Source: a virus
Length of the DNA stretch: 64,000 nucleotides
Direction: 5' to 3' (one strand)
Virus record (IMG/VR): IMGVR_UViG_3300043436_001797
Span: 17,818 to 81,817 of that record
This document shows, in pieces, positions 1-10,513 of the stretch (position 1 is its first letter; every line of letters starts with the position of its first letter). The notes under the pieces are model-generated. The model saw nothing but the letters and a program-made list of their open reading frames with translations, was not told where the DNA came from and searched no databases. The position numbers were made by a program, and so were the translations under genes.

Positions 1-2
1 AC

Positions 3-2183
3 AGCAATGGAGAATGGAGCTACACAGATTTTGAAAGTAGAAAAGATTTCTATGAATTCTGCTTCTCAATCTTTAAAGAACCTGGGCAATATGAATTTGA
101 TGAAGTATCTCAACTGTTTAACGAACAAGCACGTCTGTTTAATAAAAACGGAATTTATTGCACAGCACCATCTGGAACTAAAGACTTTATAAAATACTGG
201 GATACTGAAAAAGAAAAGTGTAGAAAGGGTGTGATATATAAATCAGGTACCAAATCTTGGTATATCACCCGTGACTACTACATGTGGTTGAACTTTCTTC
301 CTATCTTCAATAAAGAAACACAGAAGTACGGATTTGCTGATGTACGTGATGCACAGTATCACATGGCTCTTTATGAGATACTTGCAGAACTAGATTATAA
401 GCACTGTGCTATTCTAAAGAAACGTCAGATTGCTAGCTCTTATTTCCATTGTGGCAAACTCATAAATCAAATATGGTTTGAGGAAGGGGTTACCCTAAAG
501 ATGGGAGCTAGTCTCAAGGATTATATCAATGAGAAAGGTAGCTGGAAGTTTTTAAATGAATATGAATCATTCTTAAATAAACATACAGCTTGGTATAGAC
601 CTATGAACCCCAACAAAACAATGTTCTGGCAACAGAAGATTGAGATATCAAACTTTGTTGGTGGACAGAAGAGAAAGACTGAGATAGGTCTAAAGGGTGT
701 AATCCAAGCAATGTCTTTTGAGAAAAGCCCTACTACGGGTGTCGGTGGTCCTACTAAATACTTCTTTCACGAAGAAGCTGGTATTGCACCAAAGATGAAT
801 CAGACCTACGAATACTTACGACCTGCACTTAGATCTGGTATGATTACCACAGGTACATTTATAGCAGCAGGTTCTGTCGGTGACTTGAGTCAGTGTGACC
901 CGCTTAAAAAGCTGATCCTACACCCGGAAGCGAATGATATATATGCTGTCTTTTCTGATCTTATAGATAATAAAGGAACAATAGGAACAACAGGTTTATT
1001 TATACCTGAACAGTGGTCTATGCCACCATATGTAGATAAGTATGGTAATTCACAGGTTCCTGAAGCACTTAAAGCGCTTGACGATTTATTTGCTAAATGG
1101 AAGAAAGAACTGGATCCTCAGGAATACCAACTCCGTATATCTCAGCACCCTAGAAATGTAAAAGAGGCATTTGACTTTAGAACCTTGTCTCTATTTCCTG
1201 CACATTTGGTCACAGGTCAAATGCATAGAATAGATGATAAAGAATATCCCTATGAGTTTCTAGATATTTACAGAAACATACAAGGTGGTGTTGAGGTGCA
1301 GACTACTAATAAGATGCCTATCATGGAGTTCCCGGTTACTAAAAATACCGAGGATAAAACAGGTACACTAGTAGTATGGGAAAGACCTGTAAAGGATCCC
1401 GAGTTTGGTATGTACTACGCTTCTATTGACCCCGTGTCAGAAGGTAAGACAACTACCTCAGAATCACTGTGTTCCATTTATATTTATAAAACTCCTGTAG
1501 AAGTAACTAAAAATAATGGTTCCGAGATACAGACATATATCGAAAGAGACAAGATTGTAGCTGCTTGGTGTGGTCGTTTTGACGATATTAAAAAGACTCA
1601 TGAGAGACTTGAATTAATTATAGAGTGGTATAACGCGTGGACAATAGTGGAAAATAACATCCCGCAGTTTATTACTTATATGATTGATAGGAAAAAGCAG
1701 CGTTATCTGGTACCCAGAAGTCAGATATTATTCTTAAAAGATATTGGTGCAAACGCTAACGTTTATCAAGAATATGGGTGGAGAAATACAGGCACTCTAT
1801 TTAAGAGTCACATGATTAGCTACGCTATTGATTTTTTAACTGAGGAACTAGATCAAGAAGTTACATCAGAAGGTAAAGTTGTAAAGACTACTTACGGTAT
1901 AGAAAGGATACCAGACCCTATGCTTTTAAAAGAAATGATGGAGTATAGGGATGGAGTAAACGTCGATAGATTAGTATCATTTGCTGCATTAATAGCTTTT
2001 GCTAAAGTCCAACAAGCAAACAGAGGATATAAAAAGAGATACGAGGAGACGGAGAATGTAAAAAAGTTGGATAATAATGATAAATTCAGTAAATTAATTA
2101 GGAGCCCGTTTCGTCATATTGGCGGATCTGGTAATACTTTTGGCATGAGGGTTCCTAAACAACCGTTCAGAAATTTAAGATAA
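3..2183 (+). CDS. terL: Terminase large subunit (5' end outside window)
   Basis: The frame of the 231..2183 ORF is open from base 3 (SNGEWSYTDFESRKDF...). Walker A-like LKKRQIASS, Walker B YFFHEEAG, RNase H-like nuclease motif YYASIDPVSEG and late Asp in NVDRL. Directly upstream of the portal, as in crAss-like phages. Confidence 0.93.
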   Translation, partial: SNGEWSYTDFESRKDFYEFCFSIFKEPGQYEFDEVSQLFNEQARLFNKNGIYCTAPSGTKDFIKYWDTEKEKCRKGVIYKSGTKSWYITRDYYMWLNFLPIFNKETQKYGFADVRDAQYHMALYEILAELDYKHCAILKKRQIASSYFHCGKLINQIWFEEGVTLKMGASLKDYINEKGSWKFLNEYESFLNKHTAWYRPMNPNKTMFWQQKIEISNFVGGQKRKTEIGLKGVIQAMSFEKSPTTGVGGPTKYFFHEEAGIAPKMNQTYEYLRPALRSGMITTGTFIAAGSVGDLSQCDPLKKLILHPEANDIYAVFSDLIDNKGTIGTTGLFIPEQWSMPPYVDKYGNSQVPEALKALDDLFAKWKKELDPQEYQLRISQHPRNVKEAFDFRTLSLFPAHLVTGQMHRIDDKEYPYEFLDIYRNIQGGVEVQTTNKMPIMEFPVTKNTEDKTGTLVVWERPVKDPEFGMYYASIDPVSEGKTTTSESLCSIYIYKTPVEVTKNNGSEIQTYIERDKIVAAWCGRFDDIKKTHERLELIIEWYNAWTIVENNIPQFITYMIDRKKQRYLVPRSQILFLKDIGANANVYQEYGWRNTGTLFKSHMISYAIDFLTEELDQEVTSEGKVVKTTYGIERIPDPMLLKEMMEYRDGVNVDRLVSFAALIAFAKVQQANRGYKKRYEETENVKKLDNNDKFSKLIRSPFRHIGGSGNTFGMRVPKQPFRNLR

Positions 2184-2184
2184 T

Positions 2185-4947
2185 ATGCAAGTATATAACG
2201 CCCTACAAGTTAAAGCAGGTGCTAAGACAGAGTACAACAAAATGGGTACTCTCAATCAGCCTATACAATTTTTACCTAGATCTAAAAAAGATGAAGATTG
2301 GGCAGCATGGTGTCTAGATTGGTTGGAGTGGCAAGGATTAAAGATGGTGCGCAGAAATGCACGTCGTCTTATGAAGAACTACAAACTTGCAAAAGGACTT
2401 ATTGATAGAACTGACTATGTAATTGAAGAGGATAACGAGTACGCAGATTTAATTGATACTCTAACTAAAGAGGATGCATCTGCACTAGAATTAAAATTCT
2501 ATCCTATTATCCCCAATGTAATTAATACCCTTACTGCTGAATTTTCTAAAAGAGTTACTAGAGTAACTTATGGTGCTGTAGATGAATACTCCTACAATGA
2601 AATGTTGGAGCAAAAGAAAGCAGAAGTAGAACAGTTATTGGTTAGCGATGCTAAGCGTAAAATAACTGAAAGAATGCTGATGATGGGTGCAGATCCAGAG
2701 AGTCCTGAGTTTAAAGAACAAACATCTCCAGAAGCATTAAGAAGTTTACCTGAAATTGAAGCATTCTATCAGAAGGATTACCGCTCAATGATTGAACAGT
2801 GGGCGGAACATCAGCACCGTGTAGATAATGAGCGTTTTCATATAGATGAATTAGAAGAGCGTGGTTTCCGTGATCTTCTCATTGCAGACAGAGAATTCTG
2901 GCACTTTAAGATGATGGAGGATGACTATGATGTAGAGTTGTGGAATCCAGTACTTACATTCTATCAAAAAGCTCCTGAGACTAGATATATTTCTGACGGT
3001 AACTGGGTTGGTAAGTATGATATGATGACTGTTGCTGATGTCATTGACAAGTATGGTTGGTTGATGACAGATAAGCAAATGGAAGCAATAGAACTTATCT
3101 ACCCGGTAAGATCTGCCGGTTATCCTATTCAGGGTTATCAGAATGATGGTGCTTATTACGATGGTACAAAGTCACATGAGTGGAATACTAACATGCCATC
3201 ACTTGGTTACAGACAGTTTACTTCTATGTGGGATAGTGCTGTCTATGGCGGTGATATTGTAAACTGGATCATGATGGAGAACGAAGACTACCTAGACATG
3301 GGTATGTCTAACCTTCTTCGTGTTACTACAGTATATTGGAAGTCGCAAAGACGTGTAGGACATCTTACTAAGATTACATTATCCGGTGATGTCATTACAG
3401 AGATTGTTGATGAAGATTATAAAGTTACAGATAAACCTGAGTACAACACTTCACTTATAAAGAATAAAACCAAACACACTCTTGTATTTGGTGAGCATAT
3501 AGACTGGATCTGGATTAACCAGGTTTGGGGTGGTGTAAAGATTGGTCCGAACAGACCTACATTCTGGGGTACAAATAACCCTGGTGGTATTACCCCTATT
3601 TATTTAGGTATAAATCAGAATCACATTGGACCACTTAAGTTCCAATTTAAAGGTGATAATTCACTCTATGGATGTAAACTTCCTGTAGAAGGTTCAGTAT
3701 TCTCTGATAGAAATACTTACTCAAGGTCTCTTGTTGACCTTATGAAACCTTTCCAGATTGCTTACAACATTGTAAATAATCAGATTGCTGATATCCTAGT
3801 AGATGAATTAGGTACAGTGATTATGCTTGACCAGAACTCTTTACCAAGACACTCACTGGGAGAAGATTGGGGAAAGGGTAACTTTGCTAAAGCATATGTA
3901 GCAATGAAGAACTTCCAGATGTTACCTCTGGATACGTCTATTACTAATACTGAGAATGCTCTAAACTTTAACCATTTCCAGAAACTGGATATGTCACAGA
4001 CTGAGCGTCTGATGTCTAGGATTCAATTAGCTCAGTACTTTAAACAGCAAGCATTTGAGGTAATTGGTATTACCCCGCAGCGCTTAGGTCAAGAGATATC
4101 AAGACAAACTGCTACCGGTATAGAGCAATCTATCAACGCTAGTTATGCACAGACTGAATCTTACTTTATTCAGCACTGTGACTACTTGATGCCTAGAGTA
4201 CACCAGATGCGTACAGACTTGTCTCAGTACTACCATTCTACAAAACCTTCAGCAAGACTGAATTATATAACTTCTCTTGATGAGAGAAAAAACTTTGAGA
4301 TAAATGGTACTGATTTCTTGCTCCGCGATATTAATGTGTTTGCTACTACTAAAGCCAACCAGAGAGCTATTCTTGAACAGCTTAAGCAGCTTGCTCTTAA
4401 CAATAATACTGCTGGTGCTAGTATCTATGATCTGGGTAATATTCTTAAGTCTGATTCTATTTCTGAAGTTACGCACATTCTCAAACAAACGGAGAAGAAA
4501 GCAGACCAAGTAAGACAACAGGATATGCAGCAACAGCAACAGATGCAGGAACAAATGATTCAAGCTAAGCAGCAAGAAGAGCAGCTTAAGAGACAGTTTG
4601 AAGCATCTGAGAAAGATAAAGACAGACAAGCTGAAATTATAGTAGCTCAAATAAGATCTGCAGGATACGGAGCTATGATGGATATTAATGAGAATAAGCA
4701 GTCTGACTACATGGATGCAATGGATCAAATTCAGAAGTCTGAAAACTACCAGAACACTATGGATCTTAATCGTGAGAAGGAAGCTAACAAGATGATGCAG
4801 TCTAGAGAGAAGTTGAATATTGAAAGAGAGAAAATAAATGCTCAGAGAGAAATAGCAAATACTCAGTTACGGATAGCTCAAGAGAATAAAAACAGGTTTG
4901 ATGCACCCAACAAAACTGAACAAAAGGACAAAAAGAAGAAGAACTAG
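2185..4947 (+). CDS. Portal protein (crAss-like, 920 aa)
   Basis: Follows TerL. Size and motifs (YPIIPNVIN, SLVDLMKPFQIAYN, GITPQRLGQ, Q-rich coiled-coil C-terminal barrel) match large crAss-type portals. Confidence 0.88.
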   Translation: MQVYNALQVKAGAKTEYNKMGTLNQPIQFLPRSKKDEDWAAWCLDWLEWQGLKMVRRNARRLMKNYKLAKGLIDRTDYVIEEDNEYADLIDTLTKEDASALELKFYPIIPNVINTLTAEFSKRVTRVTYGAVDEYSYNEMLEQKKAEVEQLLVSDAKRKITERMLMMGADPESPEFKEQTSPEALRSLPEIEAFYQKDYRSMIEQWAEHQHRVDNERFHIDELEERGFRDLLIADREFWHFKMMEDDYDVELWNPVLTFYQKAPETRYISDGNWVGKYDMMTVADVIDKYGWLMTDKQMEAIELIYPVRSAGYPIQGYQNDGAYYDGTKSHEWNTNMPSLGYRQFTSMWDSAVYGGDIVNWIMMENEDYLDMGMSNLLRVTTVYWKSQRRVGHLTKITLSGDVITEIVDEDYKVTDKPEYNTSLIKNKTKHTLVFGEHIDWIWINQVWGGVKIGPNRPTFWGTNNPGGITPIYLGINQNHIGPLKFQFKGDNSLYGCKLPVEGSVFSDRNTYSRSLVDLMKPFQIAYNIVNNQIADILVDELGTVIMLDQNSLPRHSLGEDWGKGNFAKAYVAMKNFQMLPLDTSITNTENALNFNHFQKLDMSQTERLMSRIQLAQYFKQQAFEVIGITPQRLGQEISRQTATGIEQSINASYAQTESYFIQHCDYLMPRVHQMRTDLSQYYHSTKPSARLNYITSLDERKNFEINGTDFLLRDINVFATTKANQRAILEQLKQLALNNNTAGASIYDLGNILKSDSISEVTHILKQTEKKADQVRQQDMQQQQQMQEQMIQAKQQEEQLKRQFEASEKDKDRQAEIIVAQIRSAGYGAMMDINENKQSDYMDAMDQIQKSENYQNTMDLNREKEANKMMQSREKLNIEREKINAQREIANTQLRIAQENKNRFDAPNKTEQKDKKKKN

Positions 4948-4979
4948 CTATATTCTCCGTTTTATTTACATAAAGCAAA

Positions 4980-5018
4980 AAATTTTTAAAGTTTAGGTGT
5001 ATATATTTGTCTATATTA
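4980..5018 (+). promoter_or_regulatory. Candidate promoter region upstream of the scaffold/MCP genes
   Basis: TATATTTG at 5002-5009 fits the Bacteroidota -7 consensus TAnnTTTG. Also TATATTA at 5012 and an imperfect inverted repeat AAATTTTTAAAGTTT at 4980-4994. Intergenic. Confidence 0.45.
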
Positions 5019-5052
5019 TTAGTGTGCATTTTAATTAAACCAACAAAAAAAC

Positions 5053-6276
5053 ATGAGTAAAACAGAAGATAATACCGTTGTTGAGCAGGTCGATATCGAC
5101 TTGGACAACATACTTGGTATGCCCGGAGCTGAAAGCATAATGCTTCCTGAAGAAAAGAAACCTAATGTATTTTCTGCAGGTAAACCCGATCTTTCTTTTA
5201 TGGAAAAATCAGAAGACAAAGATGATTCTGGTGAAAGTAAAGAAGAGGGTGCTGAAAAGTTTACAGATGTACTCAAAGATTTAGATCCTGAAGATGCTTC
5301 TTTAGGAAAGCAATTTGACGAAGAGGATACCAAAAAAGCTCCTGGACGTGCAAAAATTGCTAAAGATGGTACAGTAGAGTTAGTAAAGAAGTTAATTGAC
5401 GCGGGTCAATTAATTCCTTTTGATGACGAAAAGTCTATCGAAGACTACTCTATAAATGATTTTGAAGAACTGCTTCAAGCAAATTTTGAAGAAAGAGAAA
5501 ACAAAATTCGTCAAAGTACGCCAGCAGAGTTTTTTGAATCTCTTCCTGAAGAGCTCCAGGTAGCTGCTAAATATGTAGCTGACGGAGGTCAAGATCTAAA
5601 AGGATTGTTCAGAGTTCTTTCTCATGTAGAAGAAACATTTGAGCTGAATCCTGCGGAACCTAATCACCAAGAAAGAATTGTAAGAGAGTATCTTACAGCT
5701 ACAAACTTTGGTACCGCTGAAGAAATCGAAGAAGAAATCGACAGTTGGAAAGATAGAGATGAACTAGAAGCTAAAGCTAATAAGTTCAAACCAAAGTTGG
5801 ATGCTATGCAAGCTAAAGTGGTTCAACAAAAGCTTGCACAACAAGAGCAAATGAAAAGACAACAAGCTGCACAAGCACAAGCTTATATGCAGAATGTATA
5901 TAATACAATTGCTCCTGGTGAACTTAATGGTTTGAAACTAGATCGCAAAACACAAGAAATGTTATATGGCGGTTTGGTTCAACCATCTTATCCTAGTATT
6001 AGTGGCAGACCTACTAATTTGCTGGGACACCTTCTAGAGAAATATCAATATGTAGAACCAAATCATGCTCTTATTGCAGAAGCTCTTTGGTTACTAGCTG
6101 ATCCTCAGTCTTATAAAACTAAGATTATGGATCAAGCTCAGAAAGTGCAGGTTGAAAAAACAGCACGTATGCTAAAGACAGAAGAAGCAAGAAGAAGTAC
6201 AGGTTCACCTATTGTAGAGAAAGAAGAAGTGAAGCAAAGAACGATTAAACGTAATAATAACTTTTTTAAACGCTAA
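5053..6276 (+). CDS. Putative capsid scaffolding/assembly protein
   Basis: Acidic N-terminal half, helical Q/A-rich C-terminal half, located between portal and MCP as in crAss-like capsid modules. Confidence 0.6.
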   Translation: MSKTEDNTVVEQVDIDLDNILGMPGAESIMLPEEKKPNVFSAGKPDLSFMEKSEDKDDSGESKEEGAEKFTDVLKDLDPEDASLGKQFDEEDTKKAPGRAKIAKDGTVELVKKLIDAGQLIPFDDEKSIEDYSINDFEELLQANFEERENKIRQSTPAEFFESLPEELQVAAKYVADGGQDLKGLFRVLSHVEETFELNPAEPNHQERIVREYLTATNFGTAEEIEEEIDSWKDRDELEAKANKFKPKLDAMQAKVVQQKLAQQEQMKRQQAAQAQAYMQNVYNTIAPGELNGLKLDRKTQEMLYGGLVQPSYPSISGRPTNLLGHLLEKYQYVEPNHALIAEALWLLADPQSYKTKIMDQAQKVQVEKTARMLKTEEARRSTGSPIVEKEEVKQRTIKRNNNFFKR

Positions 6277-6305
6277 TTAATTAACCTTTTATAATTTAAG
6301 TTAAA

Positions 6306-7934
6306 ATGGCAACTCCAGTTTTAAATAATGGTATATTTCTACGAGATACCAACTACGCAGCTAGTTCACACGTAGATTCATACCACTTAGTTAACATGTT
6401 AAAGAATGCAGAACCAATGGACATGGGTCCAGTGGATCTGTGGGCAATGGCACAAAAAGTCGAAATGCCTCTTTACCAAATGTCTAGCTTTGGTGGTAAG
6501 AATGTGATCATGGTTGACAACGCAAGAGGTGAGTACAAGTGGCAGACTCCAGTTGTACAAGATCTTCCTTACGTTATTGAAGATATTGAACCAAGCAATA
6601 CTGTTAAAGGTATTGATGGCAGTACCTTTAAAATTAAACTTTCACGTCGTGAGTTCGGTCATGGTGATATTATCACTTATGACAAGTACAACGGTGTGGA
6701 AATGTACATTGTTCCTGATCAGGATATTCTTCCAATGGGTGATGGTTTTATTTACACAGTACAACTTGTAAATAACGACAACACTAAGTTCTTGGAAAAC
6801 AAGTATCTTGCATCTGGTACTAAAGTATTCCGCAAAGGTTCTGCTCGTGGTGAGTACGGAGAGCGTTTCTCTGATATTCAAATCCAGTCAGGTTTCCGCG
6901 AATTCTACAACTTTGTAGGTGGTGCTGAAGCTCACGTACACTACTCTATTTCATCTCGCGCTGATCTTATGATCAAAGGTGGTATGAATGCAGATGGTAC
7001 TGTACCTGTAACTGAAATCTGGAGAAACTTCGACCAGAACATGGATCCTTCTATCACTAACCTTGAGAACATGGTTAGCCGTATGGGTAAGGAGTATGTT
7101 AAAAAGGCGATGTCAAACGGTAACCTTTCTCGTACTTTCTTGACTACAATGGAAGCTGCTCACTTGACTAAAGTAGCAAGCGACATTGAAACCTACTTGA
7201 TGTGGGGACAAGGTGGTAGAGTTCGTCAAGACGGTCCAGATGATGTAAGATTGTCTGTGGGTCTTTGGAGACAGCTTGACAACTCATTCAAGCGTGTATA
7301 CAACAAGTCAGGTTTCAACCTTGATTTGTTCCGCTCTGAAATCTACAACTTCTATGCTGGTAAGGTTGAATTTAAGGGTCCAGATCCTAAGCGTCAACTG
7401 ATCGTACAAACCGGTATGGGTGGTATGAGAATGGTTAACGAAGCTATCAAGAAAGAGGCAGTTAACTCAGGTTTGGTTATCCAAGCTGCTGATAACGCTG
7501 GTATCGGTGCTATCACTGGTAAGGGTATGGATCTCGGATTTGGTTTTGCATACACTTCTTACGTTATCCCATTCTTGGCAAACGTGAAGTTTGTATTGAA
7601 CCCTGCTTTCGATAACATCCACACTAATGACATTGAAAACCCAATCATTGACGGTTTCCCATTGTCTTCTTACAACTTCATCATCTTCGATATCACTGAC
7701 AACACTAACGACAATATCTTCTTGTTGAAGTTGTCTTGGGATAACCAATTGAAGTGGTGGTACCAAAACGGTACAATGGACTACATGGGTCGTACCCAAG
7801 GATTCCAGTCTTCTGGACAGTTCAATGGATACCGTGTATATATGACACAAACAATGCCTGCAATTTGGGTAAAAGACCCAACCAAGGTGTTGAAGATCGT
7901 TATGAGAAACCCTGTAACCGGCGGATCATTCTAA
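6306..7934 (+). CDS. Major capsid protein (crAss-like)
   Basis: 542 aa with strong codon bias (many C-ending codons, typical of high expression). Motifs EYKW, LMWG, GLWRQL, TGMGG and C-terminal IWVKDPT resemble crAss-type MCPs. Followed by a terminator. Confidence 0.88.
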   Translation: MATPVLNNGIFLRDTNYAASSHVDSYHLVNMLKNAEPMDMGPVDLWAMAQKVEMPLYQMSSFGGKNVIMVDNARGEYKWQTPVVQDLPYVIEDIEPSNTVKGIDGSTFKIKLSRREFGHGDIITYDKYNGVEMYIVPDQDILPMGDGFIYTVQLVNNDNTKFLENKYLASGTKVFRKGSARGEYGERFSDIQIQSGFREFYNFVGGAEAHVHYSISSRADLMIKGGMNADGTVPVTEIWRNFDQNMDPSITNLENMVSRMGKEYVKKAMSNGNLSRTFLTTMEAAHLTKVASDIETYLMWGQGGRVRQDGPDDVRLSVGLWRQLDNSFKRVYNKSGFNLDLFRSEIYNFYAGKVEFKGPDPKRQLIVQTGMGGMRMVNEAIKKEAVNSGLVIQAADNAGIGAITGKGMDLGFGFAYTSYVIPFLANVKFVLNPAFDNIHTNDIENPIIDGFPLSSYNFIIFDITDNTNDNIFLLKLSWDNQLKWWYQNGTMDYMGRTQGFQSSGQFNGYRVYMTQTMPAIWVKDPTKVLKIVMRNPVTGGSF

Positions 7935-7945
7935 TGATTTTAACT

Positions 7946-7978
7946 ATAAAAGGGGGAGGGAAACCTCCCCTCTTTTAT
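7946..7978 (+). terminator. Rho-independent terminator after MCP
   Basis: GGGGGAGG-GAAA-CCTCCCCT stem with GNRA loop followed by CTTTT. Confidence 0.85.
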
Positions 7979-8006
7979 ATTTGTAAACCTTTTAATTTTT
8001 AAAACA

Positions 8007-8222
8007 ATGAACGAGTATAAAAATCCAATTAAAAAAATGTGGCAGCAAGCTAACCAACCCATTGTGGATGGTAACAATGTACAGCTTGCACACACAGTAG
8101 GTACAGCAGCACCTACTACAACTCCTGCTAAAGTAGGTTTGTTGTTTATTGACACTACTAACGCTGCAGTATATATTTCTACAGGAACTACTGATTCTGG
8201 TGACTGGACAGCTTTAACATAA
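8007..8222 (+). CDS. Small putative head decoration/fibre protein (71 aa)
   Basis: GTAAPTTTPAKVGLLFIDTTNAAVYISTG...W resembles the short beta-rich module of phage fibres. Its leader is nearly identical to that of the 12602 gene. Confidence 0.5.
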   Translation: MNEYKNPIKKMWQQANQPIVDGNNVQLAHTVGTAAPTTTPAKVGLLFIDTTNAAVYISTGTTDSGDWTALT

Positions 8223-8244
8223 TAACTTTTATAAACCAACAAAA

Positions 8245-9264
8245 ATGAGTGATACTTTTACAATTGTGCAAACTCCAGGTATTAAATCTGGACCTATTGC
8301 AATCCGTCCATTCTTTAATCAAAATGTCTCTAACATGGGACTTGAAAAGTATGGATTATCTTTATTTGAGGGAGTTTTTCATGAAGAACAACTTGCATGT
8401 ATTGAGCAGAACGGTGTGAAGCGATACATTACAGGTCTGAATGAATTTGCTCCTGAAGTTAAAATGATTAGAGACGAAGATCAGAAGAAAGCTAAAATTA
8501 ATGAGATTCGTGCTGCTGTATCTGAACTAGAAAAAGAGATGGCAGCAAATCCGATTGAAGTGTCTGATCCACATTTCTGGAGCAAAGTAAAATTATTACG
8601 CCCTGAGAATGATGATTTCTGGACCAAGATTACATTGAGGTGTGGAAACACCCCAATGTTTCTTGATCCGGTAAAAGATCCTTTTGATAGAATTAGACTT
8701 TATGCTATTGAAGCAGGTGGGTTTAGCATCGTCGCAAAGAGCTATGAGGAGGCTAAAAACAAACCTACTCCAGTTAAATTTTATTTAGATAAATACGAAG
8801 AAACCGCTGGAACTAAAACTGAAGTTAAAAAACTTCGTAACAAAGCTCTTGCTGAGCTTCAGAAGTTGTTTGATAAGAATCCAGTTAAGATGATGTACGT
8901 AGCAAAGATTGTAGACATTAATAGTGTTCAGTATAAGAAGTCTACACCAAATGATGTTATCTACGATAATATGGATATTTATATCAATGGTGAAGGTTCT
9001 GAGACGAGTCCTACAAGAGCGGCTCAAACTTTCTTAGATACCGTAAACCTTGATATGGAAACACTAAAACTAAAGTCAGTTATTAGAGATGCTAACTACT
9101 TAAGGTATATTGTTACCAAACCGGATGGATTTATTTACCATGCTTCGTCATCAACAATGCTTGGTAGAAATCCATCAGATGTTTTAGAATATCTGAAGAA
9201 TCCTTTGAATGAAGAGATCCTGAAAGATCTATTAAAGTCAACCGAAAAATACTGGAATCAATAA
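8245..9264 (+). CDS. Conserved crAss-like protein downstream of MCP, function unknown
   Basis: 339-aa ORF in the post-MCP position with a TAAACCAACAAAA leader. Confidence 0.6.
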   Translation: MSDTFTIVQTPGIKSGPIAIRPFFNQNVSNMGLEKYGLSLFEGVFHEEQLACIEQNGVKRYITGLNEFAPEVKMIRDEDQKKAKINEIRAAVSELEKEMAANPIEVSDPHFWSKVKLLRPENDDFWTKITLRCGNTPMFLDPVKDPFDRIRLYAIEAGGFSIVAKSYEEAKNKPTPVKFYLDKYEETAGTKTEVKKLRNKALAELQKLFDKNPVKMMYVAKIVDINSVQYKKSTPNDVIYDNMDIYINGEGSETSPTRAAQTFLDTVNLDMETLKLKSVIRDANYLRYIVTKPDGFIYHASSSTMLGRNPSDVLEYLKNPLNEEILKDLLKSTEKYWNQ

Positions 9265-9428
9265 TGGGAAACATGCTATATCAAGCTTCTGACAATATGA
9301 GTACTGTCAAAGGCGATAAGACTGCTAAGTACAGCAATGCTGCTACAAATCTTTCTTTAACAAATTCTCCAGACCTAACCAAATCTTTACTAAATTATAG
9401 TAAAGCAAGTAATTATGGCGGCAAGTAA
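9264..9428 (+). CDS. Small hypothetical protein (54 aa, not in ORF track)
   Basis: TAATG overlap with the upstream stop. Translates MGNMLYQASDNMSTVKGDK...NYGGK. Confidence 0.45.
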   Translation: MGNMLYQASDNMSTVKGDKTAKYSNAATNLSLTNSPDLTKSLLNYSKASNYGGK

Positions 9429-9573
9429 AAAACAAATGATTAAGCGCAAAGATGGATCCTACAGTCAACGAGGACTGTGGGATAATATCCGCGCTAACAA
9501 AGGTTCTGGTAAGAAACCTACCAAGCAAATGCTAGAACAAGAAAAGAAAATTAAATCAAAAACCAAAAAGTAA
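9415..9573 (+). CDS. Small basic protein (52 aa, not in ORF track)
   Basis: MAASKKQMIKRKDGSYSQRGLWDNIRANKGSGKKPTKQMLEQEKKIKSKTKK. Its stop overlaps the next ATG (TAATG). GLWDNI..KGSG resembles a motif of small basic phage proteins. Confidence 0.75.
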   Translation: MAASKKQMIKRKDGSYSQRGLWDNIRANKGSGKKPTKQMLEQEKKIKSKTKK

Positions 9574-9785
9574 TGGCTGCTAAAAAGTCAACCAGTAAAA
9601 AGTCTTCCCCTGTGGTATCTATGTCATCTAAAGCAGAGATGCGTAAGTGGGAGGTAGAATCTGCTATGAATACACTTCGTAGAGCAGATGAAATCCGTAA
9701 GGATGCTAAGATGATGGGTGATGTAAAGAAACTTGCACAAGAGCAAATTAAAATGTTAGGTGGTATTGCTAACCCTAAAAAGTAA
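9573..9785 (+). CDS. Small basic protein (70 aa)
   Basis: ORF track; TAATG coupling at both ends; Lys-rich. Confidence 0.75.
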   Translation: MAAKKSTSKKSSPVVSMSSKAEMRKWEVESAMNTLRRADEIRKDAKMMGDVKKLAQEQIKMLGGIANPKK

Positions 9786-10030
9786 TGGCAAAGAAAGTTA
9801 AAGTAACAGCGGGTGGTGAGAAGCATGTAGTCTATAAGAAGACTACTAAACGCGGTAAAGGAGAACCCGGTGATATTATGGTGAACCACCCTACCAAAGA
9901 TAAAGGTAAGTGGGATACCATAAACCTAACTAAGATTGGTAGAGCAAAGACAGTAGCAGAAGGTGTAGCATCCACTAAAAAGTGGCACAAGGATAACCCT
10001 GATTACAAGTACAAAAAGAAGAAAAAGTAA
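9785..10030 (+). CDS. Small basic protein (81 aa)
   Basis: ORF track; TAATG coupling; poly-Lys C-terminus. Confidence 0.75.
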   Translation: MAKKVKVTAGGEKHVVYKKTTKRGKGEPGDIMVNHPTKDKGKWDTINLTKIGRAKTVAEGVASTKKWHKDNPDYKYKKKKK

Positions 10031-10031
10031 T

Positions 10032-10280
10032 ATGGCAAAGTCACCTGCATGGCAAAGAAAAGAGGGTAAGTCACCAAGTGGTGGACTTAACGCTAAGGGT
10101 AGAGCTTCCTACAATAAGGAAACAGGAGGTAACCTTAAAGCACCACAACCTGAAGGTGGTTCTAGAAAGAAGTCATTTTGTGCAAGAATGTCCGGGATGA
10201 AAAAGAAGCTTACTTCTAGCAAAACAGCTAATGATCCAGATAGCAGGATTAATAAAGCTTTGCGTAAGTGGAAATGTTAA
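10032..10280 (+). CDS. Small basic protein, DUF6321-like
   Basis: AWQRKEGK..SGGLNAKGRASY...NLKAP...RKKSFCARM...DPDSRINKALRKWKC matches the phage DUF6321 pattern as I recall it. Confidence 0.75.
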   Translation: MAKSPAWQRKEGKSPSGGLNAKGRASYNKETGGNLKAPQPEGGSRKKSFCARMSGMKKKLTSSKTANDPDSRINKALRKWKC

Positions 10281-10297
10281 TGTAAATTAGTAATACT

Positions 10298-10513
10298 ATG
10301 GCAAAGAAATCAAAGTCTCCATTACCAAAAAAACTACTTGGTGGAGGTGGTAAAGAAGACAAGTATAGCGGATTAGGATTTAATCCTGCTGCTCCTGGAA
10401 TGTTTAATATGGGTAAAAGGACAGCAGCTCTTGGAGCTTATGTGAGTAAGAACGGTATACCCGGAATGAAAAAAGGTGGTTCTACTAAATCTAAAAAAAG
10501 AAATGAAAAGTAA
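10298..10513 (+). CDS. Small basic protein with KKGG motifs (71 aa)
   Basis: ORF track; LPKKLLGG and MKKGG motifs. Confidence 0.65.
   Translation: MAKKSKSPLPKKLLGGGGKEDKYSGLGFNPAAPGMFNMGKRTAALGAYVSKNGIPGMKKGGSTKSKKRNEK

Noticed and set aside
7-192. 61-aa + strand ORF in the track
   Set aside because: It overlaps the terminase frame, which is open from base 3. The GTG start at 231 is likewise an artefact of window truncation.
3-7934. Introns or inteins in terminase, portal or MCP
   Set aside because: Frames are continuous, sizes are ordinary, and no intein or homing-endonuclease motifs were seen.
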